Positions 24,593 through 37,244 of a DNA stretch of 64,000 bases are shown in pieces. Every line of letters starts with the position of its first letter. Within the stretch, counting starts at the first letter, position 1. The stretch is from assembly GCA_052426225.1 (NCBI GenBank), contig JBNJNM010000006.1:1984001-2048000 (forward strand), in the 5' to 3' direction. Position numbers and translations under genes: made by a program. Below the pieces are notes generated by a model, which had not been told where the DNA came from, ran no database searches, and was given only the letters and a program-made list of their open reading frames with translations. The stretch is from Zancudomyces culisetae HAW-14-8 (taxonomy: Eukaryota > Fungi > Kickxellomycota).

Positions 24593-26810
24593 TCAATCCT
24601 CGTCAGAGGAATCATAATCTGCATTCCCACCAGCACCATGTTGGGCAGATTTGGACCGCGCATCTCGCATCTGGGCGGCCAATGAGTTTTCCTCAGGCTC
24701 AGAAATATCGTCTTCGTATTCAGGCTCAGGAGGCAAAACTGATGGATTTGCGACAACAAGTTTCATGTGGTGTTGTACATTACAACCAATGTAGGAATCT
24801 GACATTACAAGAATATTAAAGTCATACGAGCCTGGCTGATGAGGAGCCTGGAACTGGGCTACAAGAATCTTCTCGGAAGTCAGATCGGTGATGTAAACAG
24901 GTGGAATTACAGTTCTATAGTTTTGCGGGTTATACAGAATAAACCACCAATTTGAAAGTTTACGAGCTGCTAGGTAAGGAGCGGTTGCTTCTGGAGCCTC
25001 TACATTAGGAGCCTTGAGTTTCTGGATATGGCCAAATATATCTTCAATTTTTTCACAATCAGTATCCGAGACAGTAGAAAGCATAGATGATATTTTGGAA
25101 ACCATAGGATCTGGCTTTGGTGAGTTCTCGGGTGGATTAATGAGTTTAAGGTCGACAATCAAAGAGACAATTGAGAGAGGTGTTATCACACGATCACCAA
25201 TAACAGTAAACAAAGTACGTGCGATGGTAAACTCGGGAACAGACATTATTGATTTCACAATTGTATCTTTGTGCTCGCCAAAGCTTGCAATGAGCTTATC
25301 ATCTCCATTTTCCAAGAGTTTTTTGGTTTGGAAAGTTCCATAAAGTCCATGGTTCTATAGAATCAATATAAATCAAATGTTTTATAGAGAATATCAGGTA
25401 TTTACAGACAAAAAAAGTCAACATAAACACAAAAAAACACAGAGAAATTCATCCAAGCAAATGTTGAATATTTAGCACATACCTTTTGTAGCTCCTGGAA
25501 TTTATCAAAGTCAATGTAGGGAATCTGGAGAAGTGGTGGAGCAAATTCATAAACACCCTGGACAAGCATTTGAATAATGTTAATGCAAACAGCTGTACAC
25601 GAAGCCCATGTCTGTGAGTTGGATATCTGGACCAAACCTCTACTAACCAAGTGAATGGATTTTTCGACAATTCGTAGTTGTTCTATACCACAAACACAAA
25701 TATTGCATTTTTATCAAACTGTTACAACAAAAAGAATAAAAAATTAAAAATTATAACACTTACGTTCAGCCAAATCTGGATAGTTTACTTCGACTCTTAA
25801 AAAGTGGCAGTGTAGCAAGACCTTAGCTTTCCATTGACTGTCAGTGTGATACTATTTTCATTTCATTTGCATGTTTTTTATTTAGTTGCTGCTATACATG
25901 TCTGGATATACAGAATATTGAAAGTTCTACTTACTTTTTCGGATTTTTTGAATGCCATGTATTCAATTCGTTGCATTGCTTCTTGTACTTTCTTTTCAAG
26001 CTCTAGAAGATTAAGCCTATCACCCTCAACAAATTCAAGTCCATCAGTATTAAATTCTTCTGCAGCACATAAAAGATCAATAAGGTTTGGTAAGCTAATT
26101 GGTTCACGAATATTTTTGAAAAAGGTGCTCATTGTTGGGTTCAGTATTTTATCTTTGGTGTATTGATTCGATCTATACCACCATCTTCCTACGTAATACG
26201 GCAAAACAAACCCAAAGAATAATCCATAAAGCATCATCACAAATGGTGATGTGTGTGCTTCAACAAGTATTCTTGGCAACGCAATTCCCATGGTTCTTGA
26301 CATTAAGCCATCTGGATTTCCATACTTTTCATAGTTTTCTCGGGAGACATCATCTGTCAATGTTTTATACGCCCTAGTGATGTCAATGTAAAAGGCCTCA
26401 GCCTTTACCTTTTCCTCATCTGTGCCTCTTATTTTATCTGGATGGTATTTCAGCGATAACTTTTTGAATGACTTTTTAATCTTTTGGAAATCAGCACCAG
26501 TCTCCAAGCCCAGAATTTCATATGGATCCCATTTTGGTCCAGTGACTACCTCTTTATTTTTCACTTGGTATGATAGAAGAGCAATTAAGATCCATCCTAT
26601 TGCCAAAAGTATATACTTGATGCCGAATCCCCCTGATTTGTCAGCAGTCTTTCGCGTTCTGAATTTCAGTGTTGTTGTTTTAGTTTTTACCTCACCAGAT
26701 ACTTTGCTTCTGAGCAAAAGTAGTGTGCTTGGCACTACTACCAATGATGCTATTGTCAAAGCAAAATAGAAAAACGTCACACCTGACTCGTCGTATGTAT
26801 AATTTGCCAT
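24593..26810 (-). CDS. SEC63: ER translocon subunit Sec63 (J-domain, Sec63/Brl domain), 4 exons
   Basis: Start MANYTYDESGVTF; three TM segments; J-domain with HPD; YGNPDG..GIALP; SDSYIG; acidic C-terminus; three GT-AG introns restore the frame. Confidence 0.95.
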
Positions 26811-28965
26811 TGCCTTGTAGTTTGCGCTTCAACACTTATTTACACTTGTTCCTTGAAAGTAAAATTCACTACCAGTAAGATGGAGTAGATGTTTACACTG
26901 AACTGATTATAACCAAAAGATGTATATACCCAACTCTAAGTTACGTCACTTGTTTTTCAAGTAGGACCTGCACAGTGCTAGAAACCTTGAGTATGTAATT
27001 TGCAAACCTCCGTCAGTTGTCCTTGAAGATTTTTGCTATTTTAGGATTGTTTGTTACAGAGTTATTATTGCACCTTTTAAGAGGAAATAAAAACGATTTT
27101 ACACCACTTAAGTATATATCCTATAAATGAATGCGCCTGTTTACTAAACTTTGCATTTTTTTTACCTTATTACCTTATTTCGGATGAGTAAGAGCAGATG
27201 AATTATTGCTTCAAGCTGTATGTGAATTTGGTATAGCGTAAAGAAATGAGTAAATAATGACAACACAGTTTTTCAGTGTAGTCTTCGTTTAATACAACTG
27301 TAGTTTAAAGAATTAATGAGACGTAATAAATAGTTATATTTTAAACTTTAGTTGGTGGTTCCAAAAAACAAAGTTTTGGTTTGTCTGTTGACTTATCCTG
27401 TATAGCAAATATAGGCCGTAATTTTGTGTTTTGAATAGCAACACAAAACCTTGCATCAGTAATTTTTAAATTTCCTCCTAACTCACTACTTTTCCAATTG
27501 TGATTTGCTGAAATTTTCAACAGCTTTGACAACAATGTAGGTAACAAAATAAAATGGATTTTTCAAAATCCGTCTTTTGCAATTTTCCTTCAATTTTCAA
27601 TTATACTGAGTGCCTTTTTTTTTGTTCAGGTCTTTACAATCAGAAAATATGCTATTTAACAGGCTTAGTAAGAAACACACCCCATTGTAAATAAACAATT
27701 GGCAGAGATCTACAGGTTCCTTTTATTTTTATACTTCTTTAACAAACGTAATAAATGCTTGAAAAAATTGAGCCAGTAACCTTAGTACAAGATTATCACC
27801 AAAAAGAGTAAAAAAACACATAATTTCGAAAAATATTCAATTCGCGGCTTGACACCATCAAATTTATTTGCCTCCATATTATAGTTGATTCATAAAAGAT
27901 GCGATATACCATCTTTTCATAATATTAAAAATAGTTCAATTTCAATTAGCTTACACAGAAAAAGAGACAAGGACTTTAACATTATCAAAATGTCTATATG
28001 CGTATGTATGTGTGGTTTCTTAGACCAGACTTGTGCCTTGTTCAGAAGAAGTAAGTAAAAACTGCAGTCAATAAAAATTAGAGGTGTAAGAATGTTTTTG
28101 TCTAGAAGCTGTTCCCAAAAATGACCCGACTGTCACTATCAGCTATAAATCATTTAATCCACAACTAATACTATTTAAACCCCAGTACCACTACCCCATT
28201 AAAGGTACCTAGAGTACTTGATATCAAAAATGAGTTTAAATGGGCCTACATATACTCCCAAGTTATTAACCCATACTTGCTCATCATTTATCACGCCTAC
28301 AGCACCCCTTTCTATCACTTTTTGCTTTCTTTTACTATAATTTAACTGCCAAAAAAAAAAAAAGATCGATGAATAAACAACGGCCAAAGAGCTTGGTGAT
28401 GATATTCACCAGGATTACATATTTTTACGTATATCGAATACATTGAGGTGTAAAGTATTCATATAACATAAACTGGTCTAGACTTACAGAGCGGAAATAA
28501 CGTATTTCTAATCACTAACTTTGTCTCTTTAGTGAGTCATGACAGAATCGATCTTAGATGAAGCTAAAGATATAGAAGGCAAATATTTGCTTTAGGAGAA
28601 CATGGTATATTTCCATGCACCTATAAAATACTCCTAAGGGAGTTTGAGCAACTCAAGCTAATCTTATCCGATTGCATAAAATGGACACGCTATTTTAAAT
28701 TAACTGCCCCTTATGTAAAGCGCAATAGTTACAACCTAGGTAATTGGTCAAGATGATTTATCTGAGCATTTGGATTCGTGATCAATGTACCTGAAAAAAA
28801 ATTAATTAAAAAAAATTTTCTTTCATACATCAACAAGAGTACCAAGTTCGGGCTCTAGGATGTTATGAACCCGGTTCTTTTTGGTTTTTACCATATAAAA
28901 AGCGACAAAACTGACCATGTAAACAAGATAACTAGATAAAGATAAAATAATAATAATAAGCAAAA

Positions 28966-30462
28966 ATGGATCTAGAACTAAAGCAAATTTCCTCTTCAAT
29001 CGCCAATCCCTTGATTTATGTCTCACTGGGTGTGTTCCTGACAATTGGGGTGATCGCGGGCTGGAAATCTAAAAAAGATTTGGACAAATTTATCAAAGCA
29101 ATATATTCCCAGCGGCTTTCTTCGCTTGCGATGAATTTTGTGGCAGTAAATCTAGGCTCTTCAATGTTTTATTCGCTGCCAGAATATGGAACCATTGCGG
29201 GGCTCATGGGTGTTTTTGTCTATGCTTTGGCGTCAGCGATACCAATATTTTTCTTTTCATATGTGGGACCACTTTTTAGAAAACATAACGCGGAAACATG
29301 GTCAATGACACTTTACCTCAACAGGAGATATGGTGTATTCATGAACACTATCTATGGACTTATTTGCGTAGTATTTATGTTCCTGTACATGGTTGGTGAG
29401 TTGACAACGATCAATGGTGCATTCGAGCTGCTCACAGATGTTAATCCACTGGTTCCTGTCATAGTTTTGGCTGCTGTGGTTACAATATACTCGTCATTTG
29501 GCGGTGTCTATGCATCTCTAATTACTGATGCGTTTCAGTCAGTTTTTGCACTAGTCCTTATAATCATGACTAGTATAACGATCGCAGTAAACATCAAGAT
29601 CCCACAAGGGGCAATCGAAAATGTTGGATTACTCAAACCTACAAAGGTGGGATGGGTCACAATTTATGTAATGATAATAGCACTACTATCATCTGCAATG
29701 TTCCATCAAGGATTTTGGCAACGCGCATTTGCATCCAAGAACAATAGAGACCTAAGAATCAGTACGTATATAGGTGGATCAATAGTATTTATTCTATTTA
29801 CATTGGTTGGAATCTTTGGACTTTTGGCAGCATGGTCGGGAACATGGTCAGCGGACTCAGATATCTTCGGATACCAATCATACTTTACACTGCTAGCAAC
29901 AATGCCAAGTTGGGTTATTGCAATTACGGTGGTTATCATAACATGTTTAGCATGTTCTGCGCTGGACACGTGTATGTGTGCAATGATAGCTTCAATTAAT
30001 GACTTGACATACCAAAAGATGAGTCTCAGAGTCATCCGCGTCCTAGTTCTTGTGATAATGATCCCAGTAGTAGTTGTGTCATTGGAACAGATCGATGTGT
30101 TAAAGATATTTTTGCTTGCAGATTTGATGTCATCAGCTACGTTTATACCCATTTTTATTGGCTTGATACATCAATTCTCATTCATCGAAGAGTTTGATGC
30201 TTGTGTTGGAGCAATTGGTGGAATCTTGAGCGTTGGAATCTTCGGAACCATATATTATGGAAACGCTAAAGACGGATGGGGGCTGCTTATGCTTCCAGAT
30301 GGATTATATATGGATGACTATAGCGTACTGGGTGCATTTTTAGCAGCTCCTATCGGATCACTGATCTTTACAGGATTGGGATTCTGTTTGCGGTCAGTCT
30401 TCTTAAGATTCTTTCCAAGAAAACAACAAGTGGAGCAGAGCTCTGAAATGCAGAAAATATAA
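28966..30462 (+). CDS. Sodium:solute symporter-family transporter (Dur3/Dur31-like)
   Basis: Intronless 498-aa polytopic membrane protein with GGVYASLITDAFQ and FHQGFWQRAFAS motifs typical of this family. Confidence 0.85.
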   Translation: MDLELKQISSSIANPLIYVSLGVFLTIGVIAGWKSKKDLDKFIKAIYSQRLSSLAMNFVAVNLGSSMFYSLPEYGTIAGLMGVFVYALASAIPIFFFSYVGPLFRKHNAETWSMTLYLNRRYGVFMNTIYGLICVVFMFLYMVGELTTINGAFELLTDVNPLVPVIVLAAVVTIYSSFGGVYASLITDAFQSVFALVLIIMTSITIAVNIKIPQGAIENVGLLKPTKVGWVTIYVMIIALLSSAMFHQGFWQRAFASKNNRDLRISTYIGGSIVFILFTLVGIFGLLAAWSGTWSADSDIFGYQSYFTLLATMPSWVIAITVVIITCLACSALDTCMCAMIASINDLTYQKMSLRVIRVLVLVIMIPVVVVSLEQIDVLKIFLLADLMSSATFIPIFIGLIHQFSFIEEFDACVGAIGGILSVGIFGTIYYGNAKDGWGLLMLPDGLYMDDYSVLGAFLAAPIGSLIFTGLGFCLRSVFLRFFPRKQQVEQSSEMQKI

Positions 30463-30685
30463 TCGAAGGCCAACTTCATTTATTTTCCCACAGATGCACA
30501 TGCTTCTTTTAGCTTTATTTATTTATTTTTAATTTTGGAATTTGTGACTGTTATAGTCTGATTAGCGATGGACGACAGGCAATCAGGGGTTACAAAATAC
30601 TTTAAATGTGGTGAGGATTAACACCAGACTTTATTATTGCTGATTCGCAAATGAAACGTGAAAAGTAAAAACAAATAAAAATACA

Positions 30686-32134
30686 TTAGTAACCCAAAAC
30701 AACACGTTCTTTACCAAAACAATCCAGCCAAATTTCGACGCTAGGGCGGTTGTATTTATATTTTATGATGTTGGCTAATAACTGGGCCTGAGATAATACG
30801 CCACCCTTTTTAATAGTATTAGCAATAGTATCGGAATTGGCACTAGCGTTGTGGTATCTAATGTCATTGAGGGTCAGGTTTTTGTACATTTCGAAAAGAG
30901 CGTTACTTTGTTGGGTAACTTCAGGGCAGACGCTTCCTCCAGCTGTGGTATAGGATATTGGAGAGTGAGATTTCTCGGTTATAGAGTGTTTAGCATGAAG
31001 TGAATTGTTAGTAGAAAGTTCGTAGTATGAAGAACAGCTGACTTCTAATACAACTTTTGGAAGGCCTGTAGTGAATTTGGTGTTTTGAGTATAGACAAAA
31101 TCAATGATTGCTAGATGTATCTCAATCCCTAGGCTATCAACATAACCAGCTCTCGCGTTGTTATGATTTTCGTTACTACTCAATTTATATGGTCGGACTG
31201 AGTTGCGGCAAGAGAGATTGGGTACTAGTGCGTGTCTATCTTCAAATTTTTTAACACTGTCAGTCACATACTCGTCGCTACCAGTGCCATCATACTCATA
31301 AGATGGCACATATGGAGGATTCGAAACAACTATATCAAAATCTGTGCGCTTTGATAGCTTATATAAATTGAACACATCGAACTGGTAAAACTTTGCATTT
31401 TCAATGTTATTCAGCCGTTTATTATAAGTAGCCAAGTTGATGGCGGCTGGGTTCAGATCCAAACCAACAACAGAGCACTTGTAGTCAAGAGGCCGGGTGG
31501 AAACAGGATGTGACAACAAGGATGAAAGGAAAGAAGAAGAGGAGGAGGATATCGTCTTGGCCAAGTTTAGAGCTATACAACCAGTACCAGTACACAAATC
31601 CAAGATTTTCAGTTCTCTTTTATGCTTTCTATTTTGCAGTTGCAGTTCTGGCTGAGATTCTTGTTTTTTCTCAATTGGGGGAGAAGTCGAAGGTGAAATC
31701 AGCTTGCTTCTGATAAGCAGGGCCAAACGTGTTGACCATTCTTCAGTTTCGGGGCGAGGGATAAGTATTGGTCTTTTTACGCGCAAAGTCAGCTCGTTAA
31801 ATGGGTGATCTTTTAGAATATATTGCAAGGGGTAATCGTGCTTAACGATTTTGTTGACGCTTGTGGTAAAAAAATCCAGCCAGGATCGCTGTCTGGAATA
31901 GATAGCTTTGTATGAGTGTACACTAGGTGTTGTGTTGTGGGCTTTCGGTTTGGAATTAACTGGCTTTGTGTGTAGTGATCCTGATGGTTCAAAGGCGTTG
32001 TGGCCACTGTGTGACTCGTCAAAAAACTCTCTTAGCCATCGATAGATTGATTTTGCATGTTTCCGACCATAGTTTTCGTATTCAGATAGTCTAGAAAGAT
32101 TGTATTGTATTAACTTTTTGTGAGGAATTCTCAT
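30686..32134 (-). CDS. HemK/PrmC release-factor glutamine methyltransferase (Mtq1-like, probably mitochondrial)
   Basis: YPLQYIL, LIPRPETEEW, ILDLCTGTGCIA, VSNPPYV and C-terminal DCFGKERVV motifs, with several low-complexity insertions. Confidence 0.9.
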   Translation of the reverse strand: MRIPHKKLIQYNLSRLSEYENYGRKHAKSIYRWLREFFDESHSGHNAFEPSGSLHTKPVNSKPKAHNTTPSVHSYKAIYSRQRSWLDFFTTSVNKIVKHDYPLQYILKDHPFNELTLRVKRPILIPRPETEEWSTRLALLIRSKLISPSTSPPIEKKQESQPELQLQNRKHKRELKILDLCTGTGCIALNLAKTISSSSSSFLSSLLSHPVSTRPLDYKCSVVGLDLNPAAINLATYNKRLNNIENAKFYQFDVFNLYKLSKRTDFDIVVSNPPYVPSYEYDGTGSDEYVTDSVKKFEDRHALVPNLSCRNSVRPYKLSSNENHNNARAGYVDSLGIEIHLAIIDFVYTQNTKFTTGLPKVVLEVSCSSYYELSTNNSLHAKHSITEKSHSPISYTTAGGSVCPEVTQQSNALFEMYKNLTLNDIRYHNASANSDTIANTIKKGGVLSQAQLLANIIKYKYNRPSVEIWLDCFGKERVVLGY

Positions 32135-32577
32135 TAATCAACAAGGCTAAATAGTTCTTGGAATTTAAAATGATAGAAGAGAGAAAAAGAAAAAAAAAGA
32201 TGAAAGTGAAAGTGGTAGTGGTAGTGGTGGTGGTAACCTTATAAAGTAGTAGAATAGTGGCGGAATTTGTACTTTCTCATTACATACTTCACTAATAAAT
32301 AGTATAATTGAGAATATTCTAACACATATGATTAAATCATCAAAAATCACATACAGTTTTATGAGCATACTAAAAAAATTTTTTTTATTCGCTCAGATTA
32401 AATTGGATTTGTACAGTTTGGCGGAATAAATTGTTAATACAGCACTGTTAGGCAAATATTCAATTGTAAACAAAAATAAATAAATTAGGAATATATCATT
32501 AAAATAAAGACGTATATTCAGTTCAGAATAGTTGAGCTAAAGAAGATATAAAAACACAAACGGTACGAGATCAAAAC

Positions 32578-33095
32578 ATGTCCGAAATATCAGGTAATAG
32601 CAGCGATAAGACTTACTCTGAGCTGGTTCAAGAGTTGACAAGGGCAACACTGGAATTATTAAGAAAAGGTGTTGTAGCTTCTGAACAGCCAAAGGAAGAG
32701 GCTGAAGTTATACTAGCGCAGGAGAAACAAAGGTATCAAGAGGTTAGGAATAAGTTGTTGGAAAAGATTGATAGTGATACACATGGTGGTGAGAATGGAT
32801 TGGAAGATGTTGACATGATGCAAGTCGATGAAAATCAAGAAAAGTACTCAGAGCTGAAAAAGGCAAGTTCTTTGAGGAATACGTATATATTAATTAAGAA
32901 ACATATCTGACTAGACAAAAAAAATAAGAAAGGCTGATATTTGAGTATTAAAAATATAAAAAATAAAAAATGAATGTGTGTTATTATTATTGTTATAAAT
33001 AGGTTGCTATTGAAGAAAGCAAAAAACTAAACCAAGCCATAGAGGAGTGTAAAAGACTGCAACATTGCATCAAAATAATAAAATCAACAATCTGA
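32578..33095 (+). CDS. Small coiled-coil protein of unknown function (~125 aa), 2 exons with a GC-AG intron
   Basis: Exon 1 32578-32862 (95 codons), donor AG/GCAAGT, acceptor TAG at 33002, exon 2 33003-33095 in frame (VAIEESKKLNQAIEECKRLQHCIKIIKSTI*). Confidence 0.7.
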
Positions 33096-36000
33096 AGAAA
33101 TAAAGTCAATAATAAATGAAGCAGTTGATAGGGGGGAAGGTTTGGGATAAATTTCGGTGAGACAGGCGTCAATTTGACGTTGATTGTCAAAGACCTGGTC
33201 AAGGATGGAGTTGGCGTAGTTAACAACATCGATTGCAAGGGTTTGTAGAGTGGAGGCGAGATCCAATAGTCCGAATTGGATCAGGACTGAGTTGAATTGT
33301 TTTACATCGCGAGCAACAAAGGCAGCAAATTTCTGGGAGATTTGAGAGGCAATGCTTTTAACAAGATAAGCCTCTTCGTAGATGGTTCCCTTTCTTCCCC
33401 GGTCCTTTTTCTTGAGTTCGCGACGTCTCTGTTTGGCAGTCATTGTGGATAAGGCAGATGTGCTTGTAGAGGCAGTGAACTTGGTGTAGGTAGTGAACTG
33501 AGAGGAAGCAGCAGTAGACATGGAATCATCGATATCAACAGCCAAGGGGTCGGACGCGTTTTGATTTTGGAAGGCATTTGGAGGGAATGTCAGGGAGATG
33601 AAGTGAGAAAGAGGTAGACTGCGGAGCTCAGAGAGTCTTGTGTATTTTTGTTTGAGTTGATCCAGGGATTCAGTGATGTCGTCTACAAGTGCACGGTAGG
33701 AGTCGGTCAGCGATGGATATATTTTCGAGTGAATGAGATCGGGGCGAGAGCGGACGGAGCAGACACGGACGGCCTCAGACCAGTTGAAGCCTTTGATTAG
33801 ATAGTCGATTCCCAGCTCCAATTCGGCGGATGTGCAGTATTCAAAGAGTATTTTGGCAGAGATGAGACTGTTTTCAGACTTTTTCGAATTATCTGAGGCG
33901 TACAGAGAAGCTGCAAGAGATTTGGCGAGCTCAGAAAGCTGCGATTGATTGGAGAATGACTTTGCAAGAATGAGAGCCTCGCACCAGCAGTTGGAGAGCT
34001 TGTAGGCAAGAATAGCATTTTGTAGGTCGTTTCCAGCGGTGTAGTAGATGGCACTGTTGTAGTAATCCTTTTTTGATTCAAACAAGTAGTTGGCGTATTG
34101 GAGGCAGAGAATAGGGTGGTATTTAGTGTTGGATTTGAAGAGAGATAAAGCAATCTTGTAAAAGTGGTGAAGTGCTAGATAGTCTGTTAGTTGTTTCCAA
34201 ACTGTATTCTCGTTATCATTGTCATTATTACTTTGACTGTTGGCTATAGAAGCAACACACCATTTAGATAGATTCGATGTGGCGGATTTATAGTCGGCCA
34301 GGTAATCGTCAATCAAAAAGTGTCTGTAGTCAAGATCTTTAGTGTTGTTCCATTTCGACAATAAACTCAAATATTCACGAGGGTCATGTTGGCTCTTTTG
34401 TGCCACCAACAATGCCATTTCCAAGTCGTAGTTTTTCAAACATGCTTTGTATATCGAGTCAAAGCTGGTGAGGTACAACATGTAATCAATAGAATCTGAT
34501 ATCACATCCCTGTCTGCCTCAAAAGCGGCTGATGTCGTAGTGTTCTTGAGGAATGTAATTGCGTTGATGATGTTGCTGGAACTGTCCACGTGGTCAATCA
34601 AAAAGGTTGTAAGGATAGGGTTGATGTATTTGTGGTTGTTGAAGCTCGTCAATCCATCTCTAGCCAGCTGACATAGTCGGTGTCTGGTATTGTCATCAAT
34701 ACTTTTTACGTTGAAGCTGGTCACCAACAGATTTAGGTTTTCGATACTATAGCCAATCTGGCCAATAATCTCTTTAATTGACGACTCAAACAACGCCAAA
34801 TCACTAGTAAAGATTTCAAACCCAATACGATTTCGCTTACACTCGTCAAATGCTGTGCGGAACTGATGGCTAGTCAAATACTGCTTAATGTTGCTGATTA
34901 CCAGAACATGTGGTCGAATTGTCTCCAAGTTTCCTCTACTGACGTTCTGCAACACTACTGCGTTTCTTGTTGGGCTAGCCATTATTATTTCGCAGTTTTT
35001 TTCGATCTTTCTACTGGTAACAGCTGTTTTAAGATGACTTGGCTTGTTATCATCAGTTCCATTATTGATGTTATTGGTGTTATTAGTGTTATTTATATTA
35101 TTGACGTTTTCCAGACTTCCAATTTCATTTTCACCTGTAACACCAGCAAATGACATTGGAATAAACGCTATAGTGTTGATCTCATTGTTGGCGCTAGTAA
35201 CAAGCAAATATTCTCTATGAACAAAAAACGACGTGCAACTGCTCGCAATTACTTTTTCCTCATAGCCTATATACTGGTACAATTTGCCAATATGATCCAA
35301 CACTAAAACTATCACTCCCTCATCTCCCATTTCAACCACCTCGAGTTTGCTAATTTTGCTGCCTCTCTTTCCCTGTACGATTCTGTCAACAACTCCACTC
35401 CTATCATACTCAAAGTTGATTTGATACACATCTGTATGAATAGTTGAAAAGTACATTTTGCTTTCGTTCCTGCTTGTTATGCTCCTATGCAGTAAAACCA
35501 GCGGTTCCTCAACTGCACCTATTGACTCGATATCCTCAACTGTCGTCTTCTCCCCGTCGATCGTAATTCGTGTCAATGTGTTCCTGTTTATATTTCGTGT
35601 AGAATCATACTGATTTCCCAACAAGTATATGGCTTTCCCAGCCCCTTCAACAGATGCAAACGTTAGCTGTCTAATAAATCCTTCATGTTCGCCCATTTCA
35701 AGACTACAGATACGTTGAGGCTTTTGTTGCAGTAGCTTTGCTCTTTGTTGATACTTTTCTCCCTCATGGCACTCGTTGAAGATACTGTATACATCAACTC
35801 TATATTTGCCGTTACCATCAGTTAACAACACTCCAATTTCACTCGTGTTTTCGTTAGTAAGAACATCAACACTCCTAATGCTTTCTTGAGGCTGCAATTC
35901 TATCGTAAATAACCCTCTTGGTGGTGGAACATTGGCTATCTCGAACGGTGTAATCAATGCTTTGTTTCCATCAATCACTGCCACTGCAGAAACATTGCTT

Positions 36001-37244
36001 TCTACCAACTCCTTTGTCCCATTTACCTGCAGTATTATGTTTAGTTGACTGTATTTTCTTTCTCTTCCATCATCCACAATCATATGAATCAGGCCGTTAT
36101 CCTGACTATCCTCATCAAACTGAAAGCTTGTGATTTTGCCCCCAACTTCCTGTTCGCCAAATTCCTGTTTCAAATACCAATGGTAGTTACCTCTAACCCA
36201 TACCATTATCACATCTTGTACCTCTCCATTTCCCTTTACACTTTCACATATTGTAGCCAATATGTTCGACTGATTGCTCCAGTATATTCCTTTCACTTTT
36301 TTTACCCGTTTTGGCAAATCAAACTCATAATGTCGGAGTCCATTTCTCTCGTAAAATATTACTCTATATACATGCCCCAGTTTCTCGGTAGCAGCTATTA
36401 TTGCCCCGTTGGGTCTCCATGCCACCTCCCCTTCCAAACACTCAATTTGTTCCCCAATCGACTCTAATATCCCCTCTCTTCTATATATTCTTAATTTTCT
36501 GCCTTCTTTACCACAAACACTAACCGCAAACACGCTTCCGTCTCCTCTCCATGTTATCTTTGGCTTCCCAGTGTCGTTCTCAGATATTCGGCTATATACT
36601 TTTGTTTCTCTTTTAGCCGCTTCTTTACCTTCTTTACCATGAAACTGAGTTTCCTTTTTGCCCCATCCAACACTAACAAATCTATTTTCTCCCTCCTCGC
36701 CCTCTACTTCTGCTTCACCACCTTCTTGCCCCTCTTCTCCTCCACCAACAAGTCGCTTCTCTCCCTCATACTCCACGTCGAATTCTGAATTCAACACCAA
36801 CATCTTATCCTCTCCTGTCACTATCACCAACACTTCTTGATCTGGGCTCCATTCACACGCCTTGATCCCCTTTTCAAACTTTCCCAAAAACTCAGTATCC
36901 CTTCTGATTGTTCCCATTCTAAATATCTCTCCCCCTTCGTATCCTACAAATACACATTCTTGCTCCATCAGATACTTGAACCCCACTATTTCCTCCTTTG
37001 CGCTGGATATTGGCATTTCTCCAATCTTCTCCACAGCTTCGATCCGACCATCCGCAGCCACATTAAATCTCACCAAATATTCAATTTCCTCGCCATTCTC
37101 TTCGCCTTTGGCAATGGTATACCCTTGCTTGTTTTCAATATCAACTGTTAGAACATTTTTCAAGCCATTCGTGCCATTTTGCACCACATGCTTGACGCTC
37201 TCTATCAAATATTGTTGTTGCCGGGCGACAATTAGGTTCTTCAT
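33084..37244 (-). CDS. ELP1: Elongator complex subunit 1 (Iki3)
   Basis: VGWGKKETQFHG, ISWRGDG-type motif (ITWRGDG), FYERNGLRH, NYHWYLKQ, RGNLETIRP, AQKSQHDPREY and basic tail RGRKGTIYEE; 1386 aa, intronless. Confidence 0.97.
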   Translation of the reverse strand: MKNLIVARQQQYLIESVKHVVQNGTNGLKNVLTVDIENKQGYTIAKGEENGEEIEYLVRFNVAADGRIEAVEKIGEMPISSAKEEIVGFKYLMEQECVFVGYEGGEIFRMGTIRRDTEFLGKFEKGIKACEWSPDQEVLVIVTGEDKMLVLNSEFDVEYEGEKRLVGGGEEGQEGGEAEVEGEEGENRFVSVGWGKKETQFHGKEGKEAAKRETKVYSRISENDTGKPKITWRGDGSVFAVSVCGKEGRKLRIYRREGILESIGEQIECLEGEVAWRPNGAIIAATEKLGHVYRVIFYERNGLRHYEFDLPKRVKKVKGIYWSNQSNILATICESVKGNGEVQDVIMVWVRGNYHWYLKQEFGEQEVGGKITSFQFDEDSQDNGLIHMIVDDGRERKYSQLNIILQVNGTKELVESNVSAVAVIDGNKALITPFEIANVPPPRGLFTIELQPQESIRSVDVLTNENTSEIGVLLTDGNGKYRVDVYSIFNECHEGEKYQQRAKLLQQKPQRICSLEMGEHEGFIRQLTFASVEGAGKAIYLLGNQYDSTRNINRNTLTRITIDGEKTTVEDIESIGAVEEPLVLLHRSITSRNESKMYFSTIHTDVYQINFEYDRSGVVDRIVQGKRGSKISKLEVVEMGDEGVIVLVLDHIGKLYQYIGYEEKVIASSCTSFFVHREYLLVTSANNEINTIAFIPMSFAGVTGENEIGSLENVNNINNTNNTNNINNGTDDNKPSHLKTAVTSRKIEKNCEIIMASPTRNAVVLQNVSRGNLETIRPHVLVISNIKQYLTSHQFRTAFDECKRNRIGFEIFTSDLALFESSIKEIIGQIGYSIENLNLLVTSFNVKSIDDNTRHRLCQLARDGLTSFNNHKYINPILTTFLIDHVDSSSNIINAITFLKNTTTSAAFEADRDVISDSIDYMLYLTSFDSIYKACLKNYDLEMALLVAQKSQHDPREYLSLLSKWNNTKDLDYRHFLIDDYLADYKSATSNLSKWCVASIANSQSNNDNDNENTVWKQLTDYLALHHFYKIALSLFKSNTKYHPILCLQYANYLFESKKDYYNSAIYYTAGNDLQNAILAYKLSNCWCEALILAKSFSNQSQLSELAKSLAASLYASDNSKKSENSLISAKILFEYCTSAELELGIDYLIKGFNWSEAVRVCSVRSRPDLIHSKIYPSLTDSYRALVDDITESLDQLKQKYTRLSELRSLPLSHFISLTFPPNAFQNQNASDPLAVDIDDSMSTAASSQFTTYTKFTASTSTSALSTMTAKQRRRELKKKDRGRKGTIYEEAYLVKSIASQISQKFAAFVARDVKQFNSVLIQFGLLDLASTLQTLAIDVVNYANSILDQVFDNQRQIDACLTEIYPKPSPLSTASFIIDFISSDC

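Noticed and set aside
27000-30462. TPP riboswitch associated with the Dur31-like SSS transporter
   Set aside because: Fungal homologs can carry one, but I found no CTGAGA...GATCTGGATAATACCAGCG-type aptamer and the ORF is intronless.
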